Origin: Nitrospirota bacterium
GTDB lineage: Bacteria > Nitrospirota > Nitrospiria > Nitrospirales > Nitrospiraceae
Direction of reading: 5' to 3'
DNA length: 64,000 nt
NCBI GenBank assembly: GCA_963701855.1
Contig: CAVPBK010000003.1
Location: forward strand, 96,001-160,000
The notes beneath the pieces are model-generated. The model was not told where the DNA came from. It was given only the letters and a program-made list of their open reading frames with translations, and did no database searches. Made by a program: the position numbers and the translations under genes. Numbering within the stretch: position 1 is the stretch's first letter; every line of letters begins with the position of its first letter. Shown piece by piece: positions 30,078 through 39,152 of the stretch.

Positions 30078-30116
30078 ACCATGTTTGAGGTCACAATTTG
30101 CGACCTCAAACATGGT
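30078..30116. repeat. 39-bp palindrome with the ORF6N-type core
   Basis: ACCATGTTTGAGGTCACAA-T-TTGCGACCTCAAACATGGT, one mismatch. Confidence 0.9.
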
Positions 30117-30183
30117 GCTCAGTTGGCTGCGAGAATGTATCTTACGGCGTTCTTTAGAAGATTGGTGACGAGACGTAACGCTG

Positions 30184-30623
30184 TTAAGCCACTGGCTCTC
30201 GTTTCGGGACTATTCGGCCTTCTTCTAAATCTTGGAGGTCAGACCAAGCGGTGAGGTCGGTTCGAGAGGGATCGACGGCGTCGCGGAGTTTGTTGAAATA
30301 CTTCTGCTTATCCGGCGTGCTTGGTCCCCGCGTCAACATCATCTCATTCCACTCGTTTTGTTCTACCTGCGGTGAGGCGTTGCGGCCTTCTTGAACCATT
30401 GGGCCACGCCCTCATCAGTGGGATTGGCCTTCACGGTCTCGGTGAATTCCTTGTCCGTAATACCGGAGAATTTCATGAGCCGGTCATCCATGGGGCAGGG
30501 GTAGATGTATTCGCCTTCGGTCTTGGCCAGCACGGCGCGGCACTTGTCGATCATGCGCGCGAGATGGACATAGCCTTCCATCTTCACGCGCATGCTGCGA
30601 GGGAAACTCTTCCTCAGATCCAT
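30184..30623 (-). pseudogene. DUF5069 domain protein, frameshifted
   Basis: PRS...LARMIDKCRA...YIYPCPMD; continues in another frame near 30370 (EWNEMML...DLEEGR). Confidence 0.8.
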
Positions 30624-30625
30624 GA

Positions 30626-31300
30626 TTAGATCAATTTATGATTCGTGAACGTCAGGTTCTTCACGATCACTCCGCCATTTTCATATGTAATGATGCGGCG
30701 GGTAGCCGGCAGATCCGATGATCCGATGCGCACATGGGTGTCGGTGAAGCTTTCCACGTTGTTCAGCTTCCCATCGGTGGGTGAGTAGTAGTACACGCTG
30801 TACTTCGTCGTGAGATTCTTCTGGTCTTGGGTTACCGCGCTCTCTTCCACGTTAATCGTAAAGGCAAAGGGGGTCATGCCGGGGTGCGCCATGGTGCGAT
30901 TGATCTGGGTGATGCGATTGTCTTTGACGCGATAAAACGAGTTCGACCCGTGAATGATCAGTTTCGTGCCGAATGGGTGCCCGTCCTCTTCCATGGTCAA
31001 TGAGTACTTGCCGTCCGATTCCTCGAAGGTTCTTGGGCCACGGTGCACCGCGATCATGCCGAGCTGTTCTTGCACCCACTTCTGCACGTCGGGCTCTCCC
31101 AGTTGGACCGATACTTCACGAGGGCCTTTCACCATGACGGGTCCACTGGTTTCTTTCCCATTGATATTCACGGTCAGATCGGCCGTGAATCCCGTAAAGT
31201 CTTTCTGCCAGCGCGCGGTGTTTTCGAAGGCGCGGCGAAGTAATTCGCGGGCCTTCGGATCGTCGGCAACCGTGGGCTGTTCCTGTTTCTGATGTTCCAT
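30626..31300 (-). CDS. DUF3386-like protein
   Basis: ARELLRRAFENTARWQKDFTGF...VHR; GGAGA RBS before MEHQK. Confidence 0.75.
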   Translation of the reverse strand: MEHQKQEQPTVADDPKARELLRRAFENTARWQKDFTGFTADLTVNINGKETSGPVMVKGPREVSVQLGEPDVQKWVQEQLGMIAVHRGPRTFEESDGKYSLTMEEDGHPFGTKLIIHGSNSFYRVKDNRITQINRTMAHPGMTPFAFTINVEESAVTQDQKNLTTKYSVYYYSPTDGKLNNVESFTDTHVRIGSSDLPATRRIITYENGGVIVKNLTFTNHKLI

Positions 31301-31387
31301 GGTGGTCTCCTTATAGGAAATGGTGTGAGCGGGATTATAACCTCTGGATGAAAATAGCCTCAAGTGGTATCCGCGATGCAAAGTATC

Positions 31388-32802
31388 TGTAGTCCCACAA
31401 TGACAATGTCCGCTTATGCCAAAGTAGAAATGTCCTCTTCGTTGATAGACTGCTGGCTTTCAGTCGGAGGGCCGGATGGTCGGAGAGGACACAGTCATCA
31501 TGAGTGTGAAGGAACTCAGGCGGGTGTATGTGATTCGGCATACGATGGAGAAGAAGTTGACGCAGGTCAAGGCGGGCACCTTGCTGGGGCTGACAACACG
31601 CCATATCCGGCGCCTCATCGAGCGGGTGGAGCAGGAGGGTGACCAGGGGCTGGCGCACCGGGGACGGGGGAAGCCGTCGAACCGACGGCTTCCGGAAACG
31701 GTCAAGGCCAAGGCGCTGACGCTGTATGCGCAGCGGTATGGAGATTTTGGGCCGACGTTGGCGGCGGAGAAGCTGGCCGAGTGCCACGGGATCCCGATCA
31801 GTGATGAGACCCTGCGGCGGTGGCTGCACGTGCGTGGGGTCGATCATTTCACACGGCGGAAGCGCCCGCACCGGGCATGGCGGGCGCGGAAGGCGCATGT
31901 GGGTGAGCTGGTGCAGCTCGATGGCTCGCACCATGACTGGTTTGAGGGGCGCGGGGCCCGCTGCGTGCTGAGGGCCTACATCGATGATGCGTCCAGTCGG
32001 GTGTATGCCCGGTTCTATTCGTATGAAGGGACGATCCCGGCGCTGGATAGCTTCACGCGCTACGTGAGGCGGTATGGGGTTCCGCTGGCCGTCTACGCGG
32101 ACAAACATACGACCTATCAATCGCCGGCCCCACCCACGGTGAACGAGCAGTTGGCCGGAGTCAAGCCCATGAGTCAATTTGGGCGAGCGCTGAGCGAGCT
32201 GGGGGTCGAGCTGATTCCGGCCCACTCCCCCCAGGCGAAGGGGCGGGTGGAGCGGCTCTTTAAAACCTTTCAAGATCGGGTGATCAAGGAGCTGCGGCTA
32301 GCGGACGTCTCCACGCTGGACGCGGCGAATCAGTTCCTGAATGGCTATCTGCCGATCTACAATCGGCGCTTCGCCGTTCAGCCAGCTCAGACCGCCGATC
32401 TGCATCGCCCCCGTCCTGCGCACAGGGAGCTGGACCGCATCCTGTGCCTGAAGACGACCCGATGCCTGCGCCGTGACTGGACGGTGGCCCACCACGGGCA
32501 CCTCTATCAGGTGCGGACCAATGTCCGGGCGACCCACGTCATGGTTGAAGAACGGGTGGATGGGACGATGCGGATGACCCACAATGGCCGGCCGCTCACG
32601 TATCAGGCCATCGTCGCACGTCCGCTGCGCGTGCCGTCCCCTCCCAAGATCGCGCTCCCGCAACGCCCAGTCACACCGACACGAGCGCATCCGTGGCGCA
32701 AACGGCTACTGCCGACACGAGACACACATGCGGCGGCGGCCATTATCTAAACCGGACATTTCTACTATGGGAGAAAGAGGACATTTCTACTGTGGCTTGA
32801 CA
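31388..32802 (+). mobile_element. IS1202-like (ISNCY) insertion sequence
   Basis: TGT...ACA ends, repeated subterminal AATGTCC/GGACATT boxes, 16-bp direct repeat CGCGATGCAAAGTATC at 31372-31387 and 32803-32818. Confidence 0.92.
31476..32750 (+). CDS. DDE transposase
   Basis: HTH, GELVQLDGSHHDW, YADKH, SPQAKGRVER, HPWR tail. Confidence 0.95.
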   Translation: MVGEDTVIMSVKELRRVYVIRHTMEKKLTQVKAGTLLGLTTRHIRRLIERVEQEGDQGLAHRGRGKPSNRRLPETVKAKALTLYAQRYGDFGPTLAAEKLAECHGIPISDETLRRWLHVRGVDHFTRRKRPHRAWRARKAHVGELVQLDGSHHDWFEGRGARCVLRAYIDDASSRVYARFYSYEGTIPALDSFTRYVRRYGVPLAVYADKHTTYQSPAPPTVNEQLAGVKPMSQFGRALSELGVELIPAHSPQAKGRVERLFKTFQDRVIKELRLADVSTLDAANQFLNGYLPIYNRRFAVQPAQTADLHRPRPAHRELDRILCLKTTRCLRRDWTVAHHGHLYQVRTNVRATHVMVEERVDGTMRMTHNGRPLTYQAIVARPLRVPSPPKIALPQRPVTPTRAHPWRKRLLPTRDTHAAAAII

Positions 32803-32886
32803 CGCGATGCAAAGTATCTGGTGGATTTGGGGGAATTCCGCTATACTGCGCGGCGCGTTGCTGTACCTAGAATAGAAAGGACGGAC

Positions 32887-33294
32887 ATGGAACGACGGGC
32901 TGCTTCCCATACAGAAGAAGAAGAGATGAACCATCGTCGGCGGTTGCTGAATGCCGCGAAGAAAGGCGATCAGAAGGCTATCGGCAAGCTGTTAGAGCTG
33001 TATCAAGTGCGGATCTATAGTGGCGACATGGTGACGAAAATGAATAAAACATCCGCAACACACAAACTTCAGGCTCAGCTCGCGGAAGGAAAGCCTGTCA
33101 AGGGTGGGTCGGGGAGTCACGGCAAGAAGGCCGCCCCTTCGAAGCCCGGTTCGGCGAAACTCAGACATGAAAAGTCCGTTGAAAAACGCAAACCTGTGAA
33201 AGCCAAATCGCATTCTGCCATCGCGAAGCCAAAAGCTAAGCCAAAGACAAAACCTCGGCCAGCCAAAGCAGCGACAAAGAAACGCAAGAAGTAG
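32887..33294 (+). CDS. Lys/Ala/Pro-rich basic protein
   Basis: LLNAAKKGDQKAIGKLLELY followed by a histone H1-like tail; start uncertain. Confidence 0.65.
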   Translation: MERRAASHTEEEEMNHRRRLLNAAKKGDQKAIGKLLELYQVRIYSGDMVTKMNKTSATHKLQAQLAEGKPVKGGSGSHGKKAAPSKPGSAKLRHEKSVEKRKPVKAKSHSAIAKPKAKPKTKPRPAKAATKKRKK

Positions 33295-33305
33295 TGCGTC
33301 CGCGA

Positions 33306-33602
33306 TTACTGCACGGCTACTCGTAGTCCTCCCCCACCCAGTTTTGCGGCGATCTCTTCCGCTTCTGCCAGCGTACCTGCGAACACGATGGCTTCTCCAT
33401 CATGGTCGATCTTCCATGCGAGCTCAAAGGCCTTCGCGGAGTTCATGCCAGGAATGTATTGGCAAAAGAGCGCAATGACCTGCTCATAGGTGTGACATTC
33501 GCAGTTGAACACGATCACCCGCGCGTCGACCCCAGCACTTGTGTCGATGCTGGTGGTCTCTGCCGGGGCGGGAGGGGCGAAGGGGGTGTTCGTGCCTGCC
33601 AT
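33306..33602 (-). CDS. clpS: ClpS-like adaptor protein
   Basis: RVIVFNCECHTYEQVI...IDHDGEAIV. Confidence 0.75.
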   Translation of the reverse strand: MAGTNTPFAPPAPAETTSIDTSAGVDARVIVFNCECHTYEQVIALFCQYIPGMNSAKAFELAWKIDHDGEAIVFAGTLAEAEEIAAKLGGGGLRVAVQ

Positions 33603-33639
33603 GGGGATGAATTCTAGCAGACTTGATTGGAACTTTTAA

Positions 33640-33827
33640 GTAACTACTCAGGTAGATAGGCCGAAGGCTTTTGGACTGAAGGTTTTGGTGCGAGATAATG
33701 TATTCTCCTTCGCCGAATACCCCGTAGCTTCCGGCCTTCGTAGCCGAAGCGGCTACTTCGGCGGAGTAGGCTACTGCGGGGGAGTTTCATAGCCTTCAGC
33801 CTTCAGACTGAACATCTGACTAATTAC
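33640..33827. repeat. Miniature element with GTAACTACTCAG/CTGACTAATTAC ends and internal CTGAAGG/CCTTCAG heptamers
   Basis: 10/12 terminal IR; internal GTAGCCGAAGCGGCTAC hairpin. Confidence 0.6.
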
Positions 33828-33831
33828 ACTT

Positions 33832-34518
33832 TTAATAGCCTGCCCGGATGAGCAGGTGGTTGGTTCTCGGCCAATTCTCTCGGATACAGGATTGCGCATA
33901 GAGCGTGAAGTGAGCGGGGGAGTCTGTGACTGGTTGGAGCTGGTGTGCCAGCGCGAGGGTCTGTGTATAGGCGAGTGAGGCGGATGTTTTTACGAGGGCG
34001 AGCCCATATTCAAAGCGGTACCCATCTTCAAGGGCGAGGCTCCTCTTTGAAAGTGCTCTCACCCGACCGAGATCATAGGAGTGCTGTCTAAACGAATCGT
34101 CCATGAGGCGTAGGAGCGCGGCAGGACCTGGCACGAGACTGTCGCCGATACGAAGACTGTGGGACGGCTCGAATAGTCCACGTTGGAGACGACGGTCCTG
34201 GCGAAGCGCCATGTGAAAGCGCACGCGCCAAAGAGGGTCGTGCAGGTCACGATCGATGACGGCTGCCATCGTAGGTGGTAGTGGTCCACTCACGTCATAG
34301 CCTTGCACGAGGCGTCCGGACTCGATAAGGTCCGGGAAGCTCATGCCCATTCGATCTTGGAATGCCGTCATCCCGGACATGGGGGTCAGCTGCAGCGCCA
34401 TGAAATCGCGAAAATGGACTGTGGCAAAGCGAGTCAGGAGCCGTGTCAAGGTCTCTGAGTGGCAGAGATGAAAGGGATAGAACAGGGCGTGGGGTGCTCG
34501 ATGTCGATTCATCGACAA
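33832..34518 (-). CDS. Hypothetical protein
   Basis: 228-aa ORF with no recognised motif. Confidence 0.7.
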   Translation of the reverse strand: MSMNRHRAPHALFYPFHLCHSETLTRLLTRFATVHFRDFMALQLTPMSGMTAFQDRMGMSFPDLIESGRLVQGYDVSGPLPPTMAAVIDRDLHDPLWRVRFHMALRQDRRLQRGLFEPSHSLRIGDSLVPGPAALLRLMDDSFRQHSYDLGRVRALSKRSLALEDGYRFEYGLALVKTSASLAYTQTLALAHQLQPVTDSPAHFTLYAQSCIRENWPRTNHLLIRAGY

Positions 34519-34540
34519 AATCTCCCGGTCATGCTAGGTT

Positions 34541-35620
34541 TTGCGCGTGCGATATCTCTTCACGTCGTGGCTTGATTTCCTGCTCATTTTTGTCCCGGTG
34601 ACGATCGCGCTCGAAATCCTTCGAGCCGATCCACTGATGGTCTTTGTGTCGGCCGGACTTGCCATTATTCCATTGGCGGGCCTGTTGGGACGAGCCACCG
34701 AGCATTTGACAACCCATGTCGGTGCCGGCATTGGCGCGCTGCTTAATGCCTCGCTCGGTAATGCCGCGGAATTGATTATCGCACTGGTGGCTCTGCATGA
34801 GGGCCTTCACGATGTCGTCAAGGCCTCTCTCACCGGCTCAATTATCGGCAACATCTTACTCGTTCTCGGGGCCTCCATGTTTGCCGGCGGGATGAAGTTC
34901 GAACAGCAGAAATTTAACCAGACCGCTGCCGGAATGGGCGCCAGCCTCCTGTTCCTGGCTGCTGTGGGACTCATCATTCCCGCGCTCTTCCATTTCATCG
35001 CCGCCGATCGTGGCGTCGCGATCGAACGAAATTTAAGCCTCACCATATCATTCGTACTTTTCGCCATTTATGTTGCAAGTCTATTGTTTACTTTGAAGAC
35101 ACATCGCCATCTGTTTGCCGGAGAGGCCCATAATGCTTCGGATCTCGGAGAGCAGCCCTGGACCCGGGGCGTGTCGATCACGGTACTCACAGTGGTAACC
35201 TGTCTCGTGGCTCTGATGAGCGAGATGTTGGTGGGGGCACTGGAGCCGGCTTCGCAGCAACTTGGGCTCACGCAAGTCTTCGTCGGCGTCATTCTTGTCG
35301 CCCTTGTGGGGAATGCGGCCGAACATTCCACGGCCGTGATTGTGGCGCTGAAAAACAAGATGGATCTGGCCTACGGTATTGCAGTTGGGTCCAGTTTGCA
35401 GATTGCATTGCTCGTTGCCCCATTGCTTGTCTTTGCCAGTTATTTCTTTGGAGCGCCGTTGGATCTGATTTTCACACCCTTTGAGGTGGCTGCGGTGACG
35501 ATCTCGGTCCTGATTGTGGGATTCGTGGCGATGGACGGAGAATCAAACTGGATGGAGGGTGTGATGTTGGTCGGCGTGTATGTGATGCTGGCGATTGCCT
35601 TTTTCTTTCTGCCCGCCTAG
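34541..35620 (+). CDS. cax: Ca2+/H+ antiporter (CAX family)
   Basis: Two GNAAE alpha-repeat motifs and GSSLQIAL. Confidence 0.95.
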   Translation: MRVRYLFTSWLDFLLIFVPVTIALEILRADPLMVFVSAGLAIIPLAGLLGRATEHLTTHVGAGIGALLNASLGNAAELIIALVALHEGLHDVVKASLTGSIIGNILLVLGASMFAGGMKFEQQKFNQTAAGMGASLLFLAAVGLIIPALFHFIAADRGVAIERNLSLTISFVLFAIYVASLLFTLKTHRHLFAGEAHNASDLGEQPWTRGVSITVLTVVTCLVALMSEMLVGALEPASQQLGLTQVFVGVILVALVGNAAEHSTAVIVALKNKMDLAYGIAVGSSLQIALLVAPLLVFASYFFGAPLDLIFTPFEVAAVTISVLIVGFVAMDGESNWMEGVMLVGVYVMLAIAFFFLPA

Positions 35621-35723
35621 CAGGATGCTGAAAACGTCTGCCAGAGCAAGAAGATCATTATTTGGTTCGTTTGGTTAAGCCGGCCAAACCAGATGAACTA
35701 AACAAGCCAGTTTGAGCGTTCTG
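35621..35723. repeat. Family A element
   Basis: CTAG-CAGGATGCTGAAAA after the cax stop; TTTGAGCGTTCTG end. Confidence 0.75.
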
Positions 35724-35727
35724 CAGT

Positions 35728-35940
35728 TCAGAATTTATCCATGTCGATGACTTCCGTGGCTTCCCACAGATTTTTCTGCTCGGCATCCGCCAGTTTCTTT
35801 ATCTGATCCTCTTCCGTCTCTTCACCGAACTGAGCCGTTTGTGTAGGCACAGTCGTTTTCTTTTCTGGCGGAGAGGAGTCTGCCTCTGGTGGCAACGGCT
35901 GCTTTCTTCGCTTCTTGGCAGGGTCCATATTAACGGGCAT
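35728..35940 (-). CDS. Small hypothetical protein
   Basis: Short charged ORF with GGAG upstream. Confidence 0.5.
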   Translation of the reverse strand: MPVNMDPAKKRRKQPLPPEADSSPPEKKTTVPTQTAQFGEETEEDQIKKLADAEQKNLWEATEVIDMDKF

Positions 35941-36003
35941 GGCAACTCCGATGTGCTCGAGGTTGAGTTTCCACCTCACCCAAGGACAAAGTCAATCGAG
36001 CAG

Positions 36004-36204
36004 CATGATGCTGAAAAAGTCCGCCAGCATCGTTCTCACCTCGAAAGCATCCTCAACGTAGCCCGGAGGCTACGCCTCCGGTGCTTCCATCGGCTGCGGC
36101 CTTGCTGACAGCCTTTTTGAGCATCCTGCAAGGGTGGTAGCTTTTTGCTCTAGATGTGCAGGCCATCGATCTCTGCTGTGCCGAAACGGTGTTTCCTCAG
36201 CCTG
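36004..36204. repeat. Composite family A element, inverse of 23241-23437
   Basis: GATGCTGAAAAAGTCCGCCAGC...TTTTTGAGCATCCTG (36128), outer end TTTCCTCAGCCTG-CTAG. Confidence 0.85.
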
Positions 36205-36227
36205 CTAGGAAGTCTACGAGCGTCCCG

Positions 36228-37364
36228 CTAGTACAGTAGCTCGGCGATGGTGTCGGCCTGCAGGAGGCCTCGTGCCGAGAGTCTGCTTCGCTCACCGTCT
36301 TCTTCGATCAACCGTTGCGCCAGTAACTGTGAGGTGACTGCCGTATGCCCGTAGTTCTTGGCATGTTGATAAAGATGGCGTGAGGGAATACCTCGAATCA
36401 GGCGTAATCCGAAAATCACGGCGTCGCGGAGTTGCTCCTCCTCCGAGAGCGTGATGCGATCTTCAATAGGGAGACAGTTTATCGCGAGCGATGTGTTGTA
36501 GGCCATGAGGCCGGCGACGTTGCCGAATCTAGTTCCGTCCAGATAGGACTGTGCGCTCGGCCCCAATCCAAGGTATTCACCATTGGTCCAATAGAGCAGA
36601 TTGTGCCGGCAGGCATATCCCGGTTCGGCATAGTTCGACACTTCATACCGCTTATAGCCGGCGTCGCCGAGCATCCGTTGCGCGGCCTCGTCCATTTCAA
36701 TCTGAAGACCGTCATCTGGAGCTGGGCATCGTCGACGCTGGATGTTGGAAGCGAGTCTCGTATCCTCTTCGACTGTGAGGGCATAACAGGATAGATGTGC
36801 AGGCTCCAGTGTTAGACAGTGGGTCAACGTCCGTTGCCAGCTCACCAGGGATTGGCCGGGGAGCCCGTACATTACATCGAGATTGATGTTGGTGAATCCG
36901 GCAGCTCTGGCCTGAGTCACTGCTGTGATGGTTTCACTAACAGCGCCGGGCCGTCCGACCCGAGATAGATCGCCATCCTCCATCGATTCCGCGCCGAAAC
37001 TCATGCGAGTCACCCCAGCCTGAAGTAGTTGATCAAGACCCTGCTGGGAGACCGTGGAGGGGTGCGCCTCAACGGTGATTTCACAGTCTGAAGCGAGGGT
37101 GAGATGTGTGCGAATCTCGGACAGGATTGCGATAAGCTGAGTCCCTGCGAGCACCGTCGGTGTACCACCTCCAACATAGATGGACTGGATGGGACGATCT
37201 GCGGCCAGATGTTGTTGTGCCGACAGACCGATCTCATGAATAAGGGATTGGACAAAGGTCTCTGCTCGGTCCTCACGATAGATTTCAAGGTAGAAGGCGC
37301 AGAAGTCACATCGCTGTCGACAGAAGGGGATGTGAAGATACAAACCAAGGGGAAAGGGTGTCAT
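36228..37364 (-). CDS. hemW: Radical SAM heme chaperone HemW (HemN-like)
   Basis: YLHIPFCRQRCDFC, GGGTPT, YEVSNY, HNLLYW. Confidence 0.93.
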   Translation of the reverse strand: MTPFPLGLYLHIPFCRQRCDFCAFYLEIYREDRAETFVQSLIHEIGLSAQQHLAADRPIQSIYVGGGTPTVLAGTQLIAILSEIRTHLTLASDCEITVEAHPSTVSQQGLDQLLQAGVTRMSFGAESMEDGDLSRVGRPGAVSETITAVTQARAAGFTNINLDVMYGLPGQSLVSWQRTLTHCLTLEPAHLSCYALTVEEDTRLASNIQRRRCPAPDDGLQIEMDEAAQRMLGDAGYKRYEVSNYAEPGYACRHNLLYWTNGEYLGLGPSAQSYLDGTRFGNVAGLMAYNTSLAINCLPIEDRITLSEEEQLRDAVIFGLRLIRGIPSRHLYQHAKNYGHTAVTSQLLAQRLIEEDGERSRLSARGLLQADTIAELLY

Positions 37365-37633
37365 GATGATAGGCTAAATCCCTGTGGTTTGGAAAAGTCC
37401 CGTGCGAGGACGATTTCAATTTCGTCGGCAGGTGATTTCCCACGATTACGCACATGCGTCTGCCAGGACCGGTGCTGTCGCAACGATTCAAAAAGCACCT
37501 TGAGAAGATCCGGTTTGACTCGCGCTTCCCACTCTCGCACCCAGGCCTGGTTTTCCTCCTCACCTTCATAGTCGTCGGGAAAGGATGCCTCCAGGCTGAA
37601 CCGAAGGGTAAAGGTTTTTTCTTCTTGGTACAT
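37361..37633 (-). CDS. Hypothetical protein
   Basis: AAGGAG RBS before MYQEEK; stop overlaps the hemW start. Confidence 0.7.
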   Translation of the reverse strand: MYQEEKTFTLRFSLEASFPDDYEGEEENQAWVREWEARVKPDLLKVLFESLRQHRSWQTHVRNRGKSPADEIEIVLARDFSKPQGFSLSS

Positions 37634-37656
37634 ACAACTCCTTGGAGCCTGCCAGA

Positions 37657-37685
37657 TTGCCAAGTGATCGGCCCGATCTTATAAT
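37657..37685 (+). promoter_or_regulatory. Sigma70-type promoter
   Basis: TTGCCA-N17-TATAAT. Confidence 0.7.
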
Positions 37686-37710
37686 ACATTCAGAATAAGG
37701 AGAACGATCT

Positions 37711-37938
37711 ATGCCTATCTTCGAATATGTCTGCGGGGAATGCAATCACAGGTTCGAGCTGTTGGTGTATGGTTCCACACAAGCCGCCTGTCCAAAGTGC
37801 AACACCACGAAGTTGGAGAAACAAATCTCTTCGTTCGGGGTCGGCGGCACGGATGGTTGGGTGCTGCCAGGTAGTGGTGGGGGTGCCTGCGGAAGTTGCG
37901 GCGATCCCCGCGGCCCCGGCTCTTGTTCCACGAATTGA
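37711..37938 (+). CDS. FmdB-family zinc ribbon protein
   Basis: MPIFEYVCGEC...CPKC. Confidence 0.9.
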   Translation: MPIFEYVCGECNHRFELLVYGSTQAACPKCNTTKLEKQISSFGVGGTDGWVLPGSGGGACGSCGDPRGPGSCSTN

Positions 37939-37940
37939 CT

Positions 37941-38261
37941 ATGGAGTCCGGCGACCAGGCTTTGCAGCGCGCGATTGCTGCCATTTCTCAGTCCGATCCG
38001 CTTACCAAGCTGCTTGAACAGATAAAGCTTGGTCGAATGAAACCCACGGATGCCGGACTGCGCGTCGTGACCGACTCGTGGTTGAATATCTATAAAAGGG
38101 TTATAGAGTCGGGTGGACTCAGCAGCCAGGCCTTGCGCCGCATCGATCCAGACCCCCGTCTGGCAGTGCTGATCGAATGCGGAGTGTTGACAGGTGAGCA
38201 GCAGGCGGTCGCTGCTCTCCGCACGAGTTTTGAGCGGGCTGTCGCCGCTGCAACGGAGTGA
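37941..38261 (+). CDS. Hypothetical protein
   Basis: Operonic ORF. Confidence 0.65.
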   Translation: MESGDQALQRAIAAISQSDPLTKLLEQIKLGRMKPTDAGLRVVTDSWLNIYKRVIESGGLSSQALRRIDPDPRLAVLIECGVLTGEQQAVAALRTSFERAVAAATE

Positions 38262-38270
38262 TCTGATCCC

Positions 38271-38936
38271 ATGTGGGCTCTCTGCGTCATCGCCGTTCTG
38301 CTCATGACCGTAGGATCAGCTGGAGCAGGGTGGGCGGAAGATGCACTCGGTACGAGGCCGCTGCTGACGATTGCACGCAAGGATCTTCATACCATCCTGC
38401 CTCCAGACTGCCATATCCTGATCGATTCTCACTCAATTGAACAATTTCTCGATGCACTGGATGGCAGCCCTCCGAATTGGGGCCTGGTTTACGGCCGTGG
38501 CCATCACGACCCAGACCATGACGAGCGACTGTTTACGCTGAACCGGGAGCGCGATGCGAAACGCGCAGGCAATCCCGCGTTGACGCAGTGCATCACCTTT
38601 GTCTGGTTCGGCGAATTGTCTCGGTATGACGTGGAGGCTGGTGGATTTCGCGTGGTGTTTGGCCCCAAGCTCACGCCGACTCGGTGGGGCGCTGTTCGCT
38701 TCAAATACGATGATCTTCAGGGTGAACTTGTCGCAAAGACTTCAGCGACGTTGCGGGGCATACTGGAGCAACGATTTGTACGAGGCGAGTCGATCGATAT
38801 TACTGTCGTCATGACTGGACGTCTCATTCCTGAGGAGTCGGTGGTGTACGATTTTTCACATGACCAAGAAGGCCTCGGAGTCATAATGCCAGTCGTGAAG
38901 GTCGAACGGCTCGACTATTTGCTGACGAATAAATAG
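38271..38936 (+). CDS. Exported hypothetical protein
   Basis: Signal peptide, 221 aa. Confidence 0.7.
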   Translation: MWALCVIAVLLMTVGSAGAGWAEDALGTRPLLTIARKDLHTILPPDCHILIDSHSIEQFLDALDGSPPNWGLVYGRGHHDPDHDERLFTLNRERDAKRAGNPALTQCITFVWFGELSRYDVEAGGFRVVFGPKLTPTRWGAVRFKYDDLQGELVAKTSATLRGILEQRFVRGESIDITVVMTGRLIPEESVVYDFSHDQEGLGVIMPVVKVERLDYLLTNK

Positions 38937-39132
38937 AACTGCCGTAGTGCGCTGTCTCCTGCGTACGTATTCTTTCTTGTTTGATCCCGCCTCTTCGACC
39001 GGGCAGTCCTGAACAGACAAGGTCCAACCCAGCGGCGATTCTGTAGGGTTTTTCAATCAATCCTGCGAATGATCCTCCGCAGATGTTCCTAATATCGTCT
39101 TTTTCGCGCGATACAGGTAGAGCGCCTGCTCA

Positions 39133-39149
39133 GGGGCATTGGTTTTGCT
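39133..39149 (+). promoter_or_regulatory. Possible sigma54 -24/-12 promoter
   Basis: GGGGCATTGGTTTTGCT (GG-N10-GC). Confidence 0.35.
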
Positions 39150-39152
39150 CCA

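Noticed and set aside
31335..32273. 312-aa antisense ORF and many similar shadow ORFs
   Set aside because: They lie antisense to or out of frame with well-supported genes, as expected in GC-rich DNA.
32797..32847. IS-created hybrid promoter from the terminal TTGACA
   Set aside because: No -10 hexamer at 16-18 bp spacing; the TATACT is about 40 bp away.
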